This document shows positions 17,665 to 24,354 of a DNA stretch of 24,900 nucleotides, piece after piece (position 1 is the first letter of the stretch; every line of letters begins with the position of its first letter). Under the pieces are notes generated by a model. It had not been told where the DNA came from, ran no database searches, and worked only from the letters and a program-made list of their open reading frames with translations. This DNA comes from a virus (lineage: Duplodnaviria; Caudoviricetes): positions 1 to 24,900 of IMG/VR virus record IMGVR_UViG_3300005758_000180, one strand, 5' to 3'. Both the position numbers and the translations under genes were made by a program.

Positions 17665-17973
17665 TTATAGTACCCTTTCTAAAGTTTCTTTATCAAAGTA
17701 AACTCTATAATACTTTAAAGCAGCTTTACCTGCAAATAATTTTAACATATAAATAATTTCATTTTTAGCAATTTGTTCTAATTGCTTTTTATTTATTTCA
17801 TTTACTGTATTTAATTTATGTCTAGATATATCTAATAATCTAGCTTGTAATTCAGTTTTTGTAGAAACAGAAGATAATATAATATTATAATTTTCTTTTA
17901 ATGCTTCTACTAATTTAGATTTTGATAATGCTTCTAATTTATCAATATCTTGATTTAAAATAATTTTTTTCAT
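17665..17973 (-). CDS. Hypothetical protein
   Basis: 102-aa ORF. Confidence 0.65.
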   Translation of the reverse strand: MKKIILNQDIDKLEALSKSKLVEALKENYNIILSSVSTKTELQARLLDISRHKLNTVNEINKKQLEQIAKNEIIYMLKLFAGKAALKYYRVYFDKETLERVL

Positions 17974-18017
17974 AATTCCAAGTTTTAAAAGTTTTTAATT
18001 TATTTTCTTTATTTTAA

Positions 18018-18164
18018 TTATTTAATTTCTTCCCATTCACTTTCCATAATTACATATTCGCAAGTTGTGCAAATATGAACATAGGATTTAAACGGTTTTG
18101 TTTGTTTTACTTGTGTTTTTTGCACTGAGCCACAGTTTGGGCATTTTATTTTTACTTTTTTCAT
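18018..18164 (-). CDS. Small zinc-ribbon protein (48 aa)
   Basis: Manual translation MKKVKIKCPNCGSVQKTQVKQTKPFKSYVHICTTCEYVIMESEWEEIK; CxxC...CxxC. Confidence 0.7.
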   Translation of the reverse strand: MKKVKIKCPNCGSVQKTQVKQTKPFKSYVHICTTCEYVIMESEWEEIK

Positions 18165-18196
18165 TTTATAAAAATTGTGCTATTGAAATAATAATA

Positions 18197-18484
18197 TTAT
18201 TTGATGATAAATAAAGATAAGGGGAAACGCACAACCCCACTACATTTATTTGGTTGGTTAATGTTTCCTTTTAACGTGCGTTTTTTTATTTGAAGTTCAT
18301 TTATTTTTTTTCTAATATAACCCATAACAGAAAAACCAAGACTTAAAAATATTGATAGACCAAAATAACCTGCTCTAGCTTCTGGCGTCCAATTTCTCAA
18401 ATCAAAATCAAAAATTATAAATAAGTGTAATACGTAACTAACCATAAATGCGCTTACTGTTGCTAAAATTATTTGTTTTTTCAT
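18197..18484 (-). CDS. Two-transmembrane small membrane protein
   Basis: Two hydrophobic segments separated by FDLRNWTPEAR. Confidence 0.65.
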   Translation of the reverse strand: MKKQIILATVSAFMVSYVLHLFIIFDFDLRNWTPEARAGYFGLSIFLSLGFSVMGYIRKKINELQIKKRTLKGNINQPNKCSGVVRFPLSLFIIK

Positions 18485-18660
18485 TTTATAAAATATTGGT
18501 TTAATTGATTAATCATAATTTCAGTTGAAAAAGGAAAACAGGTAAATTCCCAAAGATGAAAATCACACTCTTCATCAGTCCAACCAGGTTTGAAATACTT
18601 TACGCAGTCAACAGCTGTAAACTTGTTGTCTATTGCGTGTTGTAGTGTTAGGGGTTTCAT
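18481..18660 (-). CDS. Hypothetical phage protein (59 aa)
   Basis: Manual translation MKPLTLQHAIDNKFTAVDCVKYFKPGWTDEECDFHLWEFTCFPFSTEIMINQLNQYFIK; ATGA overlaps at both ends. Confidence 0.7.
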   Translation of the reverse strand: MKPLTLQHAIDNKFTAVDCVKYFKPGWTDEECDFHLWEFTCFPFSTEIMINQLNQYFIK

Positions 18661-18872
18661 ATTTCCGTAAATAACTCTTTATTTTCATAATCCTTTTGCC
18701 ATTTCTTTTTTATCTCGGCACAATCTTGTAATGTAGCCTTAGAACTTTTTAATTTCAAAGTTCTATATAACAAGTCTGTAGACTGATAGTCAAAATTAAA
18801 TCCAACAGCGTTAAGCATTGTTTGGAGGATTTGAATTTCGATTTTTTGGTGTTCTTGTTTTACTTTTTTCAT
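18657..18872 (-). CDS. Hypothetical protein
   Basis: Likely start MKKVKQEH (18872), which avoids overlap with the upstream ORF. Confidence 0.6.
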   Translation of the reverse strand: MKKVKQEHQKIEIQILQTMLNAVGFNFDYQSTDLLYRTLKLKSSKATLQDCAEIKKKWQKDYENKELFTEI

Positions 18873-18888
18873 TGTATTTTTTATTAAA

Positions 18889-19167
18889 TTAACCAATCCA
18901 TTTAAAAAACCCACTTGTGTGCTCAACTTCTTTTATTTGTTCAATCATAGCTTTGATTGATTTTAAAATAGTTTTCTCTGGGTACTCTTTTGGGTTTTCA
19001 GCTAATTCTATTTCACCTTTAATGTTTTCAATCAATTCAGTTAGCTGTTTTATTTTCTTAATTTGGCATTGAACAAGAGCTTCTCCTTGCGCATCATTAC
19101 CGCCATCAGGTGCATTCATGTATGAAGCAAACCAACCAGCGTGTTCGTGTATATTTTTAACTTGCAT
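18889..19167 (-). CDS. Hypothetical protein
   Basis: 92-aa ORF with an A-rich leader. Confidence 0.65.
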   Translation of the reverse strand: MQVKNIHEHAGWFASYMNAPDGGNDAQGEALVQCQIKKIKQLTELIENIKGEIELAENPKEYPEKTILKSIKAMIEQIKEVEHTSGFFKWIG

Positions 19168-19309
19168 ATTTTTTATTTAAAAAATTAAAACTATCGTTAA
19201 TGGGTGCTAGTGCAAAAAATTGAATTGCGTAAATATTGATGTTATTTCTTACTTTTCAATATTTCCTCCAAATCAACTTCCATTAACACATACTAATTGT
19301 TAATAAAAA

Positions 19310-19588
19310 CTAATCTTTTAAAATTTCTTGATTATACCACACACCTTCTACTTTATAAGCAACACTATCTATATTGCCCCAAGTAGTATCAGGTAAAAGA
19401 ACTTTGTCATTGATGTGATATTTTGGTAATTCTTTTCCAGTTGAACCTACATAAATACTTAAAGATATTAAAAAAATAATTGTTAATGAAAATAAAATAA
19501 ATTGTCTTAAAACATCATTTTCTATTAAATTTAAACTAAAAAGTATTACTAACATTATAGTTACTGTAAAAAATAATCCTTCTCCCAT
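19310..19588 (-). CDS. Membrane protein (2 TM) with a small C-terminal beta domain
   Basis: Two hydrophobic helices followed by PKYHINDKVLL. Confidence 0.65.
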   Translation of the reverse strand: MGEGLFFTVTIMLVILFSLNLIENDVLRQFILFSLTIIFLISLSIYVGSTGKELPKYHINDKVLLPDTTWGNIDSVAYKVEGVWYNQEILKD

Positions 19589-19591
19589 AAT

Positions 19592-19723
19592 TTATTTTTT
19601 TAAAAATTCTGTTGATTTAATAGCGTTGTCTAATTCATCAAACGATTTACCGTTATCATTTACAGTATTACCATTAATAGATTTTACTTTATAGTGTTCG
19701 TCACTATAATATCTTGTTTTCAT
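19592..19723 (-). CDS. Small hypothetical protein (43 aa)
   Basis: Manual translation MKTRYYSDEHYKVKSINGNTVNDNGKSFDELDNAIKSTEFLKK; fills a gap. Confidence 0.45.
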   Translation of the reverse strand: MKTRYYSDEHYKVKSINGNTVNDNGKSFDELDNAIKSTEFLKK

Positions 19724-20009
19724 TATTATACCAAATTAAAAATTGATTAATTGCTTGAATAACTGCTTTTTGTTTAGATTTACTGTACAAACTAGATATA
19801 ATTTTAGGATTAAAGTTATTTTCACGATTACCTAATTCTTGTATTTGACAAAAATTAGATTTTATCACAACTAAATATTTTAGCTTTTCAATAGCTTCAA
19901 CTAATTCCATTATCCAATGCCAATCACGGTAAAACATTAAATTAGTTCTGTTTTTAAATTTAACAAAATCAGCGCATAATTGATTAAATTGTATTTCTTC
20001 TTGTGTCAT
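19704..20009 (-). CDS. Hypothetical phage protein
   Basis: Likely start MTQEEIQ; contains the block FYRDWHWIMELVEAIEK. Confidence 0.7.
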   Translation of the reverse strand: MTQEEIQFNQLCADFVKFKNRTNLMFYRDWHWIMELVEAIEKLKYLVVIKSNFCQIQELGNRENNFNPKIISSLYSKSKQKAVIQAINQFLIWYNNENKIL

Positions 20010-20023
20010 AACTTTAATATTAA

Positions 20024-20257
20024 TTAATAACCACATTCAGGTCTATTGCAAAGGTCTTTACACCTACTATTACCTATTGTTTCTTTTCGGCAATATCCGC
20101 CAAATTTGTTTAATTCATATTCAACACCAGCAATAAATCCATCTACAAAAGCTTGTCTAAATAATATGTGCAGATTTGTTGTTATATTATATCCTTTTGG
20201 AGTTATTATTGATTTAAACTTTTCTTCTGCTAGTTTTTCTATTTCTTTTTGTGTCAT
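20024..20257 (-). CDS. Hypothetical protein with a C-terminal Cys cluster
   Basis: IEKLAEEK...AFVDGFIAG and C-terminal C..C...C....C. Confidence 0.65.
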   Translation of the reverse strand: MTQKEIEKLAEEKFKSIITPKGYNITTNLHILFRQAFVDGFIAGVEYELNKFGGYCRKETIGNSRCKDLCNRPECGY

Positions 20258-20259
20258 AA

Positions 20260-20556
20260 TTATTTATTTAAATTGTTGATGTTTTTATAATACCAATCAG
20301 TTATACTATTATAATGAAAATGCTCAGGTTTTTCTACACCAAACTCATTATTTTTAATAAAAAAAGATACTTCTTTTAATTTATCGTAGTATTTTATATT
20401 ATGAAACACACCACCTGTATTACTATCATAATATGCGTGTTTAAGTTGATTAATTAACCCCTCTAACTCTTTAAATTTTTCAATATTAAATTCATTAGTA
20501 GTTAGTTTACTAACTGAACTAGATTTAAACAATTTGTTTATAATTTTTGTAACCAT
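20260..20556 (-). CDS. Hypothetical protein
   Basis: 98-aa ORF. Confidence 0.65.
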   Translation of the reverse strand: MVTKIINKLFKSSSVSKLTTNEFNIEKFKELEGLINQLKHAYYDSNTGGVFHNIKYYDKLKEVSFFIKNNEFGVEKPEHFHYNSITDWYYKNINNLNK

Positions 20557-20557
20557 A

Positions 20558-20899
20558 TTATTTATTCAAATTAGTTAAAACGTGAGTAATTGCTTCTAAA
20601 TAAGCTTCTGTTGGTGAATTAAATTCTTTATTGAATGTATAGTTTGATTTGAAAGTATGACCGTCATTTACATCTGAAGCATGGTCTATAAATTTAATTA
20701 CTTCAATCCAAATTTTATGCTTTTCATACAACCACATAATTACCTGAGCTATTGTAGGGCAAGAATAAGTATTACCAAAAATAAAGTCATCATTTTCATC
20801 TTTACCTATAGTGCTTATAGTTTCATAATCTATGTTATTTTGTGGAAAACCTTTTTCAGCTAATAATTTAGCTATTTCGTATTTTACTTCTTGTACCAT
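20558..20899 (-). CDS. Hypothetical phage protein
   Basis: VKYEIAKLLAEKGF...CPTIAQVIMWLYEKHKIWIEV...FNSPTEAYLEAI, a pattern reminiscent of Bacteroidota phage ORFs. Confidence 0.75.
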   Translation of the reverse strand: MVQEVKYEIAKLLAEKGFPQNNIDYETISTIGKDENDDFIFGNTYSCPTIAQVIMWLYEKHKIWIEVIKFIDHASDVNDGHTFKSNYTFNKEFNSPTEAYLEAITHVLTNLNK

Positions 20900-20920
20900 C
20901 TTGTTTAGTTTTAAGTTAAT

Positions 20921-20945
20921 AAAAACAGCTATTAACCTTAGCTGT
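20921..20945 (-). terminator. Hairpin plus T-run (terminator, or alternative pseudoknot)
   Basis: Minus strand ACAGCT-aaggttaat-AGCTGT-TTTT. Confidence 0.45.
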
Positions 20946-21001
20946 AAGGTAATTATGTATCGCTAATTAAACGGTAATTATTAACTTTAATTACAAAGTA
21001 T

Positions 21002-21024
21002 AAAAATGCTAGTCTTTTCTAGCA
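21002..21024 (-). terminator. Terminator-like hairpin downstream of the tRNA-like gene
   Basis: Minus strand TGCTAG-aaaaga-CTAGCA-TTTTT. Confidence 0.5.
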
Positions 21025-21075
21025 GTCAACCATCTATCATCTTATTGGGTTATCCCTCAATGTAGCAGGATTTTG

Positions 21076-21206
21076 TGGACAAGGTAAGATTTGAACTTAC
21101 ATTACACATTTGGACTGTCTGTATATCATAAACTATATCCTGTTCCCATTCTGTCCTGAATTAGAAATCAATAGTTTATAGTGTCTACCAATTTCACCAC
21201 TTGTCC
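21076..21206 (-). ncRNA. tRNA-Leu-like RNA (131 nt) with an expanded, non-canonical anticodon arm
   Basis: Acceptor stem GGACAAG/CTTGTCC plus A73; Leu-type D arm TG-GTG-AAATTGGTAGA-CAC; T arm GTAAG-TTCAAAT-CTTAC; long variable arm TATACA/TGTGTA. The anticodon position holds ATAAACTAT/ATAGTTTAT closing a 34-nt insert, with no 7-nt loop. Confidence 0.75.
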
Positions 21207-21229
21207 TATCTTTTTCTGTTTGTTGTTGT

Positions 21230-21545
21230 ATTACAAAAGATAAACGTTATACAATCTCAATCTCCTTATAAATCCTCCTTGTTCACAAGACAAAAAACTG
21301 GGGAGATATGTTTTTACTTTATTAGCACCCTCGTACCTTTACATTAGTTGCTTGGCATCCGCAGTAAAGAGTAGGGTCACGTAGTTATTCTAACTTATTA
21401 CAGACGTTTATTATAAACTTTTTTATTGTATTAGAACTTGTATTAACTACTTGCTGAGAACTCCCAAAGGTTTATAGCAACTTATCTCAAATACATTTGC
21501 ATCCTTTCCTAGTATTACTATTAGGTTTCTATCAGGGTTTAGATT
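21230..21545 (-). ncRNA. Putative structured ncRNA segment (downstream of the HNH gene)
   Basis: No minus-strand ORF; higher GC than the flanking genes; nested stems AAAGG/CCTTT, GTAGTTA/TAACTAC, TTCTAA/TTAGAA, ACCCT/AGGGT and CTTTAC/GTAAAG. Confidence 0.55.
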
Positions 21546-21548
21546 ATT

Positions 21549-22034
21549 TTAAATATGTTTCCAATTTGTTCTTTGTATTATTCCTGCAATACAACCATAA
21601 GAAACATTATACAACTCTGCTAATTTTTGATAAGTTAATTTATTTTCTGTTCTTTTTTTTCGTATTTCTAATACCTGTTCTTCTGTTAATACAGAAAAAC
21701 CATTTTTAGAACCTTTGTTTGAAGCATTACCAAATTCATAAGCATGTTTATCATTTTCTTCTTTTGTAACCCATTCAAGATTATCTAAAGAATTGTTTTC
21801 TCTATTTGAATCTTTATGGTTGATAACATCTTTGTTTTCAGAATTATCAATAAATGCAATTGCTATTAATCTATGTAACTGAAAGTTTTTAATTTCTGTT
21901 TTAGATTTGTACAATTGAATACCAATATATCCATCAGGTCTTTTAAAAGATTTTTTAATTCTTTTAGTTGAAATTCTCCTTACTATTCCTTCAGGATTTA
22001 TTTCATAATCATAGTTTTCTATTTGTTTCCACAT
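21549..22034 (-). CDS. HNH homing endonuclease (NUMOD4-like N-terminus, HNH_3, C-terminal HTH)
   Basis: MWKQIENYDYEINPEG, LHRLIAIAF, INHKDSNRENNSLDNLEWVT..EN..H and an HTH (LTYQKLAELYNVS). Start moved to 22034, downstream of a promoter. Confidence 0.92.
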   Translation of the reverse strand: MWKQIENYDYEINPEGIVRRISTKRIKKSFKRPDGYIGIQLYKSKTEIKNFQLHRLIAIAFIDNSENKDVINHKDSNRENNSLDNLEWVTKEENDKHAYEFGNASNKGSKNGFSVLTEEQVLEIRKKRTENKLTYQKLAELYNVSYGCIAGIIQRTNWKHI

Positions 22035-22048
22035 AATAATATTTTTTA

Positions 22049-22079
22049 CAAATGTACAAATAAAAGTGATTAATACCAA
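22049..22079 (-). promoter_or_regulatory. Bacteroidota sigma-A-type promoter for the HNH gene
   Basis: TTG (22079-22077), 20 nt spacer, then TACATTTG (22056-22049). This matches the -33 TTG / -7 TAnnTTTG consensus and lies 14 nt before the ATG. Confidence 0.65.
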
Positions 22080-22090
22080 GCAATTTTATT

Positions 22091-22130
22091 AAAAAATACT
22101 CCACCCATTATTTCTAACTAGGGTAAGTAT
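22091..22130 (-). terminator. Hairpin plus T6 upstream of the HNH promoter
   Basis: Minus strand ATACTTACCC...GGGTGGAGTAT-TTTTT. Confidence 0.5.
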
Positions 22131-22517
22131 AAGAACTCATTTGTGTTGTAGTGCTACTCCTAACAATCATTAACACTCTTTCCGCTTTCCATTCCTTTCT
22201 CAAGGGAACAACACATCTAGGATTACTCCATTAAATTTTGATTCTAAATACCTTATGCAGTGGATTAGCACCTAAGCTTAGATTAATCAGTAATTAGAGC
22301 TTTTAACTGCTATATGATAACCTCTAAGATATTACCTAGACTAACATTTACAGTAATTAGCTGTGTATTAGCTTACTTCAATTTCTGTAGGATTTCTGGT
22401 ATGAGTAATTCCACTAACTCATATCTGTTAAGTACAGTTACTAAGAATCATTTTATAACACCTTGTCAATTCAAGGTTAACATCCAATTTATAGTGCTTT
22501 CAATGTTTAGTCACTTT
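22130..22517 (-). ncRNA. Putative large structured ncRNA segment (upstream of the HNH gene)
   Basis: No minus-strand ORF. Many stems: CCTTG/CAAGG, long-range TGATTCT/AGAATCA, TATGAGT/ACTCATA, GCAGT/ACTGC, GGA-GTAA-TCC, TGTGTTGT/ACAACACA and AGTGTTA/TAGCACT. Confidence 0.6.
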
Positions 22518-22524
22518 AATTTAA

Positions 22525-22678
22525 AAATCCTCAATGTCTCCAAGTAGAGTAAATTGTAATACAGCTAAAAAATAAAACCAATATAGGGTTTACTTATTTT
22601 TTAAGTTACTAATTTACCTAACTTCAAAGCTTACATTCTTGGTATGTACTTGTGCTTATCCATTAGCATTGAGGATTT
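22525..22678. ncRNA. 154-nt element closed by a perfect 12-bp inverted repeat
   Basis: AAATCCTCAATG (22525-36) pairs with CATTGAGGATTT (22667-78); internal stems GTAAATT/AATTTAC and TAAAAAATAA/TTATTTTTTA. Confidence 0.5.
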
Positions 22679-22687
22679 ATATTTTAA

Positions 22688-22861
22688 TTATTTATTATTT
22701 AATTTTTTATCTAAAAGAATACCAATAGATATTGCAAATGATATTGGTGAAAATATTATTACCATTGTAGATAATGGAAAATCATTTTCAGCTTTTCTGT
22801 ATAAATGTACTCCTATTGTTGCTAAGTAAGTAAATACAATGTATAAAATTATTATTGCCAT
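22688..22861 (-). CDS. Small 2-TM membrane protein (57 aa)
   Basis: Manual translation MAIIILYIVFTYLATIGVHLYRKAENDFPLSTMVIIFSPISFAISIGILLDKKLNNK. Confidence 0.6.
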   Translation of the reverse strand: MAIIILYIVFTYLATIGVHLYRKAENDFPLSTMVIIFSPISFAISIGILLDKKLNNK

Positions 22862-22881
22862 TTTAATTTAGTTTTAAGTTG

Positions 22882-23064
22882 TTAATCTTTTATTGATTCT
22901 ATTATTTCTTTAGGTAATTTTTCAAATTTAATTACTTTAAATTTGTTTTCAGATATTATTTTAAACCAGTAAGGTATATTGTAATAATTATTTTTACCAT
23001 CATTAACTTTTGATGAATTACTTTCTAGAAATTCAACTTGTTCTTTTGTTAATTCTATTATCAT
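22882..23064 (-). CDS. Hypothetical protein
   Basis: 60-aa ORF. Confidence 0.65.
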   Translation of the reverse strand: MIIELTKEQVEFLESNSSKVNDGKNNYYNIPYWFKIISENKFKVIKFEKLPKEIIESIKD

Positions 23065-23112
23065 TTGTATTAGGTTTATTAACTGTTTTTATGTGTAAAA
23101 CACTTTTGTGTT

Positions 23113-23184
23113 TTAAATGACCATATCTCTTACCATAAACTTACAATTGTTGCAATTGCAGTCTATTTTTTGAAGCTCTTCCAT
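23113..23184 (-). pseudogene. Truncated Cys-rich ORF remnant
   Basis: MEELQKIDCNCNNCKFMVRDMVI* with a good A-rich start context; it stops after half of a plausible metal-binding motif. Confidence 0.35.
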
Positions 23185-23238
23185 TTTTTTAGTTGTGTAA
23201 GCTATAGAATTTTAATTGTTGTAATGTAGTTTTATAAT

Positions 23239-23271
23239 TAAGAAATGGATATACTAAATACCCATTTCTTA
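23239..23271. terminator. Intergenic hairpin / terminator
   Basis: TAAGAAATGGATAT-actaa-ATACCCATTTCTTA; the T-run is weak. Confidence 0.5.
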
Positions 23272-23310
23272 TTTATATTATTAAATAACTATGTATAAAT
23301 AATATTATAG

Positions 23311-23646
23311 TTAAATTTTAAAACCTAATTTTTCTGCTTCTTCAACAGTTAATAACTTTGAACTTTCTCCTAAATAATCTGATTTACTTTTTAAATATGC
23401 AATACCTATTAATGTAGGAGAATATATTACTACGAATTTTTTAAATTCATCTAATCTATTTTCATTATACACTTCAAATGTATTATAACTATTTGAATCT
23501 AATGCTAATATTTTTTTAGTTTTTTCGTTTTCAAATATTGCTGCTACATCATTTTTAAAAACACAAGTGCTTATTTCATTATTTACGTTTATGTATTTTA
23601 CTCCTACTTTAAATTCATTAAATGGAATAGTGTTATTTTTTTTCAT
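23311..23646 (-). CDS. Hypothetical protein
   Basis: 111-aa ORF. Confidence 0.65.
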   Translation of the reverse strand: MKKNNTIPFNEFKVGVKYINVNNEISTCVFKNDVAAIFENEKTKKILALDSNSYNTFEVYNENRLDEFKKFVVIYSPTLIGIAYLKSKSDYLGESSKLLTVEEAEKLGFKI

Positions 23647-23658
23647 GGTAATTAATTT

Positions 23659-23862
23659 TTAATGATTAAAACATTTGTTTAAGAAGTTTTCTAATTCCTC
23701 TTTTACTTTTTCTAATTCTTCTACTTTATTCTCAACGTCATTGTATGTAATGCCATTTTCTCTAGCTTGAATTAGTTGATTTTCTAGTATTTTAAATTCT
23801 AGTAATAATTCTTTGTATAAATTAGTTATCTTTTCTACTGTTTCTAAAACTGGTTTTAACAT
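23659..23862 (-). CDS. Hypothetical coiled-coil protein
   Basis: 67-aa ORF. Confidence 0.6.
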   Translation of the reverse strand: MLKPVLETVEKITNLYKELLLEFKILENQLIQARENGITYNDVENKVEELEKVKEELENFLNKCFNH

Positions 23863-24120
23863 AAGCTATAATTTAATTAATAATTCTATTTTTAAGGTTG
23901 TTTTTAATCATGGTTTAAATTTAATGTTTACTTATGTTTTAAATTCAATCTTTACTCTTTGTTTTGATTGGTTTTTAAAATGATAAGTTATTTATTATTT
24001 AAACTTTTGGTTTTTTGAAATTGGTTAAATTTGTGGATTTTTTGTTGGGAGTTGATAATCAGTAACTTACACCACTTTACTTAAAGTAAAAATACAATTT
24101 AAACTCCTAAAACTTTATCA

Positions 24121-24218
24121 AATACCGTGATATTTTTAACTACTAACAACTAAAAAAGTTATCGTGATATTTTTATTTGCTTTAAATTAAAAAGCTAATT
24201 CAATATCGTGATATTTTA
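24121..24218. repeat. Three direct repeats of a quasi-palindromic site (AATATC-GT-GATATT)
   Basis: CGTGATATTTT at 24126, 24163 and 24207. Copy 3 is a perfect AATATCnnGATATT palindrome; copies 1 and 2 have one and two mismatches. Confidence 0.75.
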
Positions 24219-24309
24219 AGTTGCTTTTTTGAGCATTGTATAAACGGAGTAATTTAAAAGAATTTATTGCGTTTTGCATACAATGGGTTGCTATTCATTA
24301 CATTAAAAT

Positions 24310-24349
24310 AAAAAAAACAGAATAGTCAACACACTGACTACTCTGTTTT
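24310..24349 (-). terminator. Intrinsic terminator
   Basis: AAAACAGAATAGTCA-acacac-TGACTACTCTGTTTT stem with a long T-run on the minus strand, right after the stop codon. Confidence 0.75.
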
Positions 24350-24354
24350 AAATT

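Noticed and set aside
21025-21075. HDV-like (theta) ribozyme after the tRNA-like gene
   Set aside because: I could not build the nested double pseudoknot or find the catalytic-C context by eye.
21076-21206. tmRNA or canonical intron-containing tRNA
   Set aside because: There is no G3-U70 pair, a full D stem is present and there is no tag ORF. The insert is far too short for a self-splicing intron and shows no clear bulge-helix-bulge.
21492-21499. Plus-strand TACATTTG as an antisense promoter
   Set aside because: There is no TTG at the -33 position, and the site lies within the structured RNA segment.
21549-22079. IscB/HEARO-type RNA-guided nuclease
   Set aside because: The protein has no RuvC or PLMP motifs; its architecture is that of an ordinary NUMOD4-HNH-HTH phage homing endonuclease.
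21207-22520. Group I or group II intron hosting the HNH gene
   Set aside because: I found no recognisable P7/R/S or domain V motifs and no interrupted CDS. An internal terminator and promoter precede the ORF. A covariance search is still needed to exclude a divergent intron.
879-22829. All plus-strand ORFs in the track (e.g. 10866-11375, 7099-7344, 22314-22547)
   Set aside because: They are antisense shadows of minus-strand genes or of structured RNA, with F/L/S/I-rich composition and no motifs.
24121-24218. Mini-CRISPR array
   Set aside because: The repeats are only ~11-14 bp with 37/44 bp periods, and there is no leader or cas gene. Operator or iteron sites fit better.
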